DNA from: Iphione sp. A-MEVVRFRX5
Lineage: Eukaryota
Direction of reading: 5' to 3'
DNA length: 64,000 nt
Assembly (NCBI GenBank): GCA_976226885.1
Contig: OZ320318.1
Coordinates: 54,250,001 to 54,314,000 of the forward strand
Under the pieces are notes generated by a model. It saw nothing but the letters and a program-made list of their open reading frames with translations. It did not search any database and was not told the origin of the DNA. Made by a program: the position numbers and the translations under genes. Positions 63,422 through 64,000 of the stretch are shown piece by piece. How positions within the stretch are numbered: position 1 is the first letter of the stretch; each line of letters begins with the position of its first letter.

Positions 63422-64000
63422 GCATGAAGTATGCTTGAGCGTTCCCTAATAAGCACGAAGATCAAAGCGATGTTATGTATACATATATGTATATTCCATA
63501 CCATGACATATTCTATATCATATACATGTAAACATATACAGTCAGTCAGAGAAAAAACACATTGTCTCACAAAATGAGCACAATAATCGACTTGTCATCA
63601 TGCTTAAGTTCCTACGATAACCCACACATGTAATATTTGTATAACATGACGAACAGTTTGTATTTACAAACGGTTCCTTAGCACCCGCACCATGTTTCAG
63701 TATTGGTCTAGTTAATAATTCAAGGTAAGTGCTGAGTGATGAAACATAAATGCCATTAGTGCACAAAGATAAGCAGCAGCAGTGATACAAACCTACTTTA
63801 GTACGACGCAACATGTTTGCCACATTGGTCTTGATACCAAGAGGGAAAAGTTTAGGTCTTCTGCCTTTAGAGAAATTTAACAATTGTAACGAGCATATTT
63901 TCACGACGGAATGTCAAACTTAATGCGTGGTAATTACATGTCATGTACATATCACGCCAGTCGACAGCATCTCAGGGTTTTAGCCTTGCAATAAGGACCT

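Noticed and set aside
1-64000. miR-184 and ANKRD34, neighbours of vertebrate RASGRF genes
   Set aside because: Searched by eye on both strands; neither the mature miR-184 sequence nor an ankyrin ORF was seen.
1-64000. CRISPR array, rRNA, prokaryotic operon or defence system
   Set aside because: No regularly spaced repeats, no rRNA-like sequence, low coding density; spliceosomal introns and SINE/LINEs show animal DNA.

Overview
Eukaryotic (animal) genomic DNA, roughly 40% GC, with a 150-N assembly gap at 47349-47498. The only protein-coding gene I can support is the 5' part of a RasGRF (RASGRF1/2 pro-orthologue, Ras guanine-nucleotide-releasing factor) on the minus strand. Three coding exons (59716-59456, 4972-4866, 1120-973) splice in frame into the N-terminal PH domain and coiled coil; the rest of the gene lies left of the window. 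About 85% of the window is one 54.5-kb intron. The protein and repeat content suggest a marine invertebrate bilaterian; I cannot name the species. The intron holds two truncated L2/CR1-like LINE fragments (one nested in a MITE), a MITE family, a tRNA-derived SINE, microsatellites, and many CpG-rich islands carrying CRE, RFX X-box, NRF1, E-box and CTCF-like motifs. The most interesting idea, which is inference only, is that several islands end in minus-strand splice donors in phase with RasGRF exon 2 or 3. This could be a battery of alternative promoters/first exons swapping the PH1 N-terminus, with CTCF-like sites oriented convergently between them and the constant exons. Most other ORFs in the supplied track look like chance frames.
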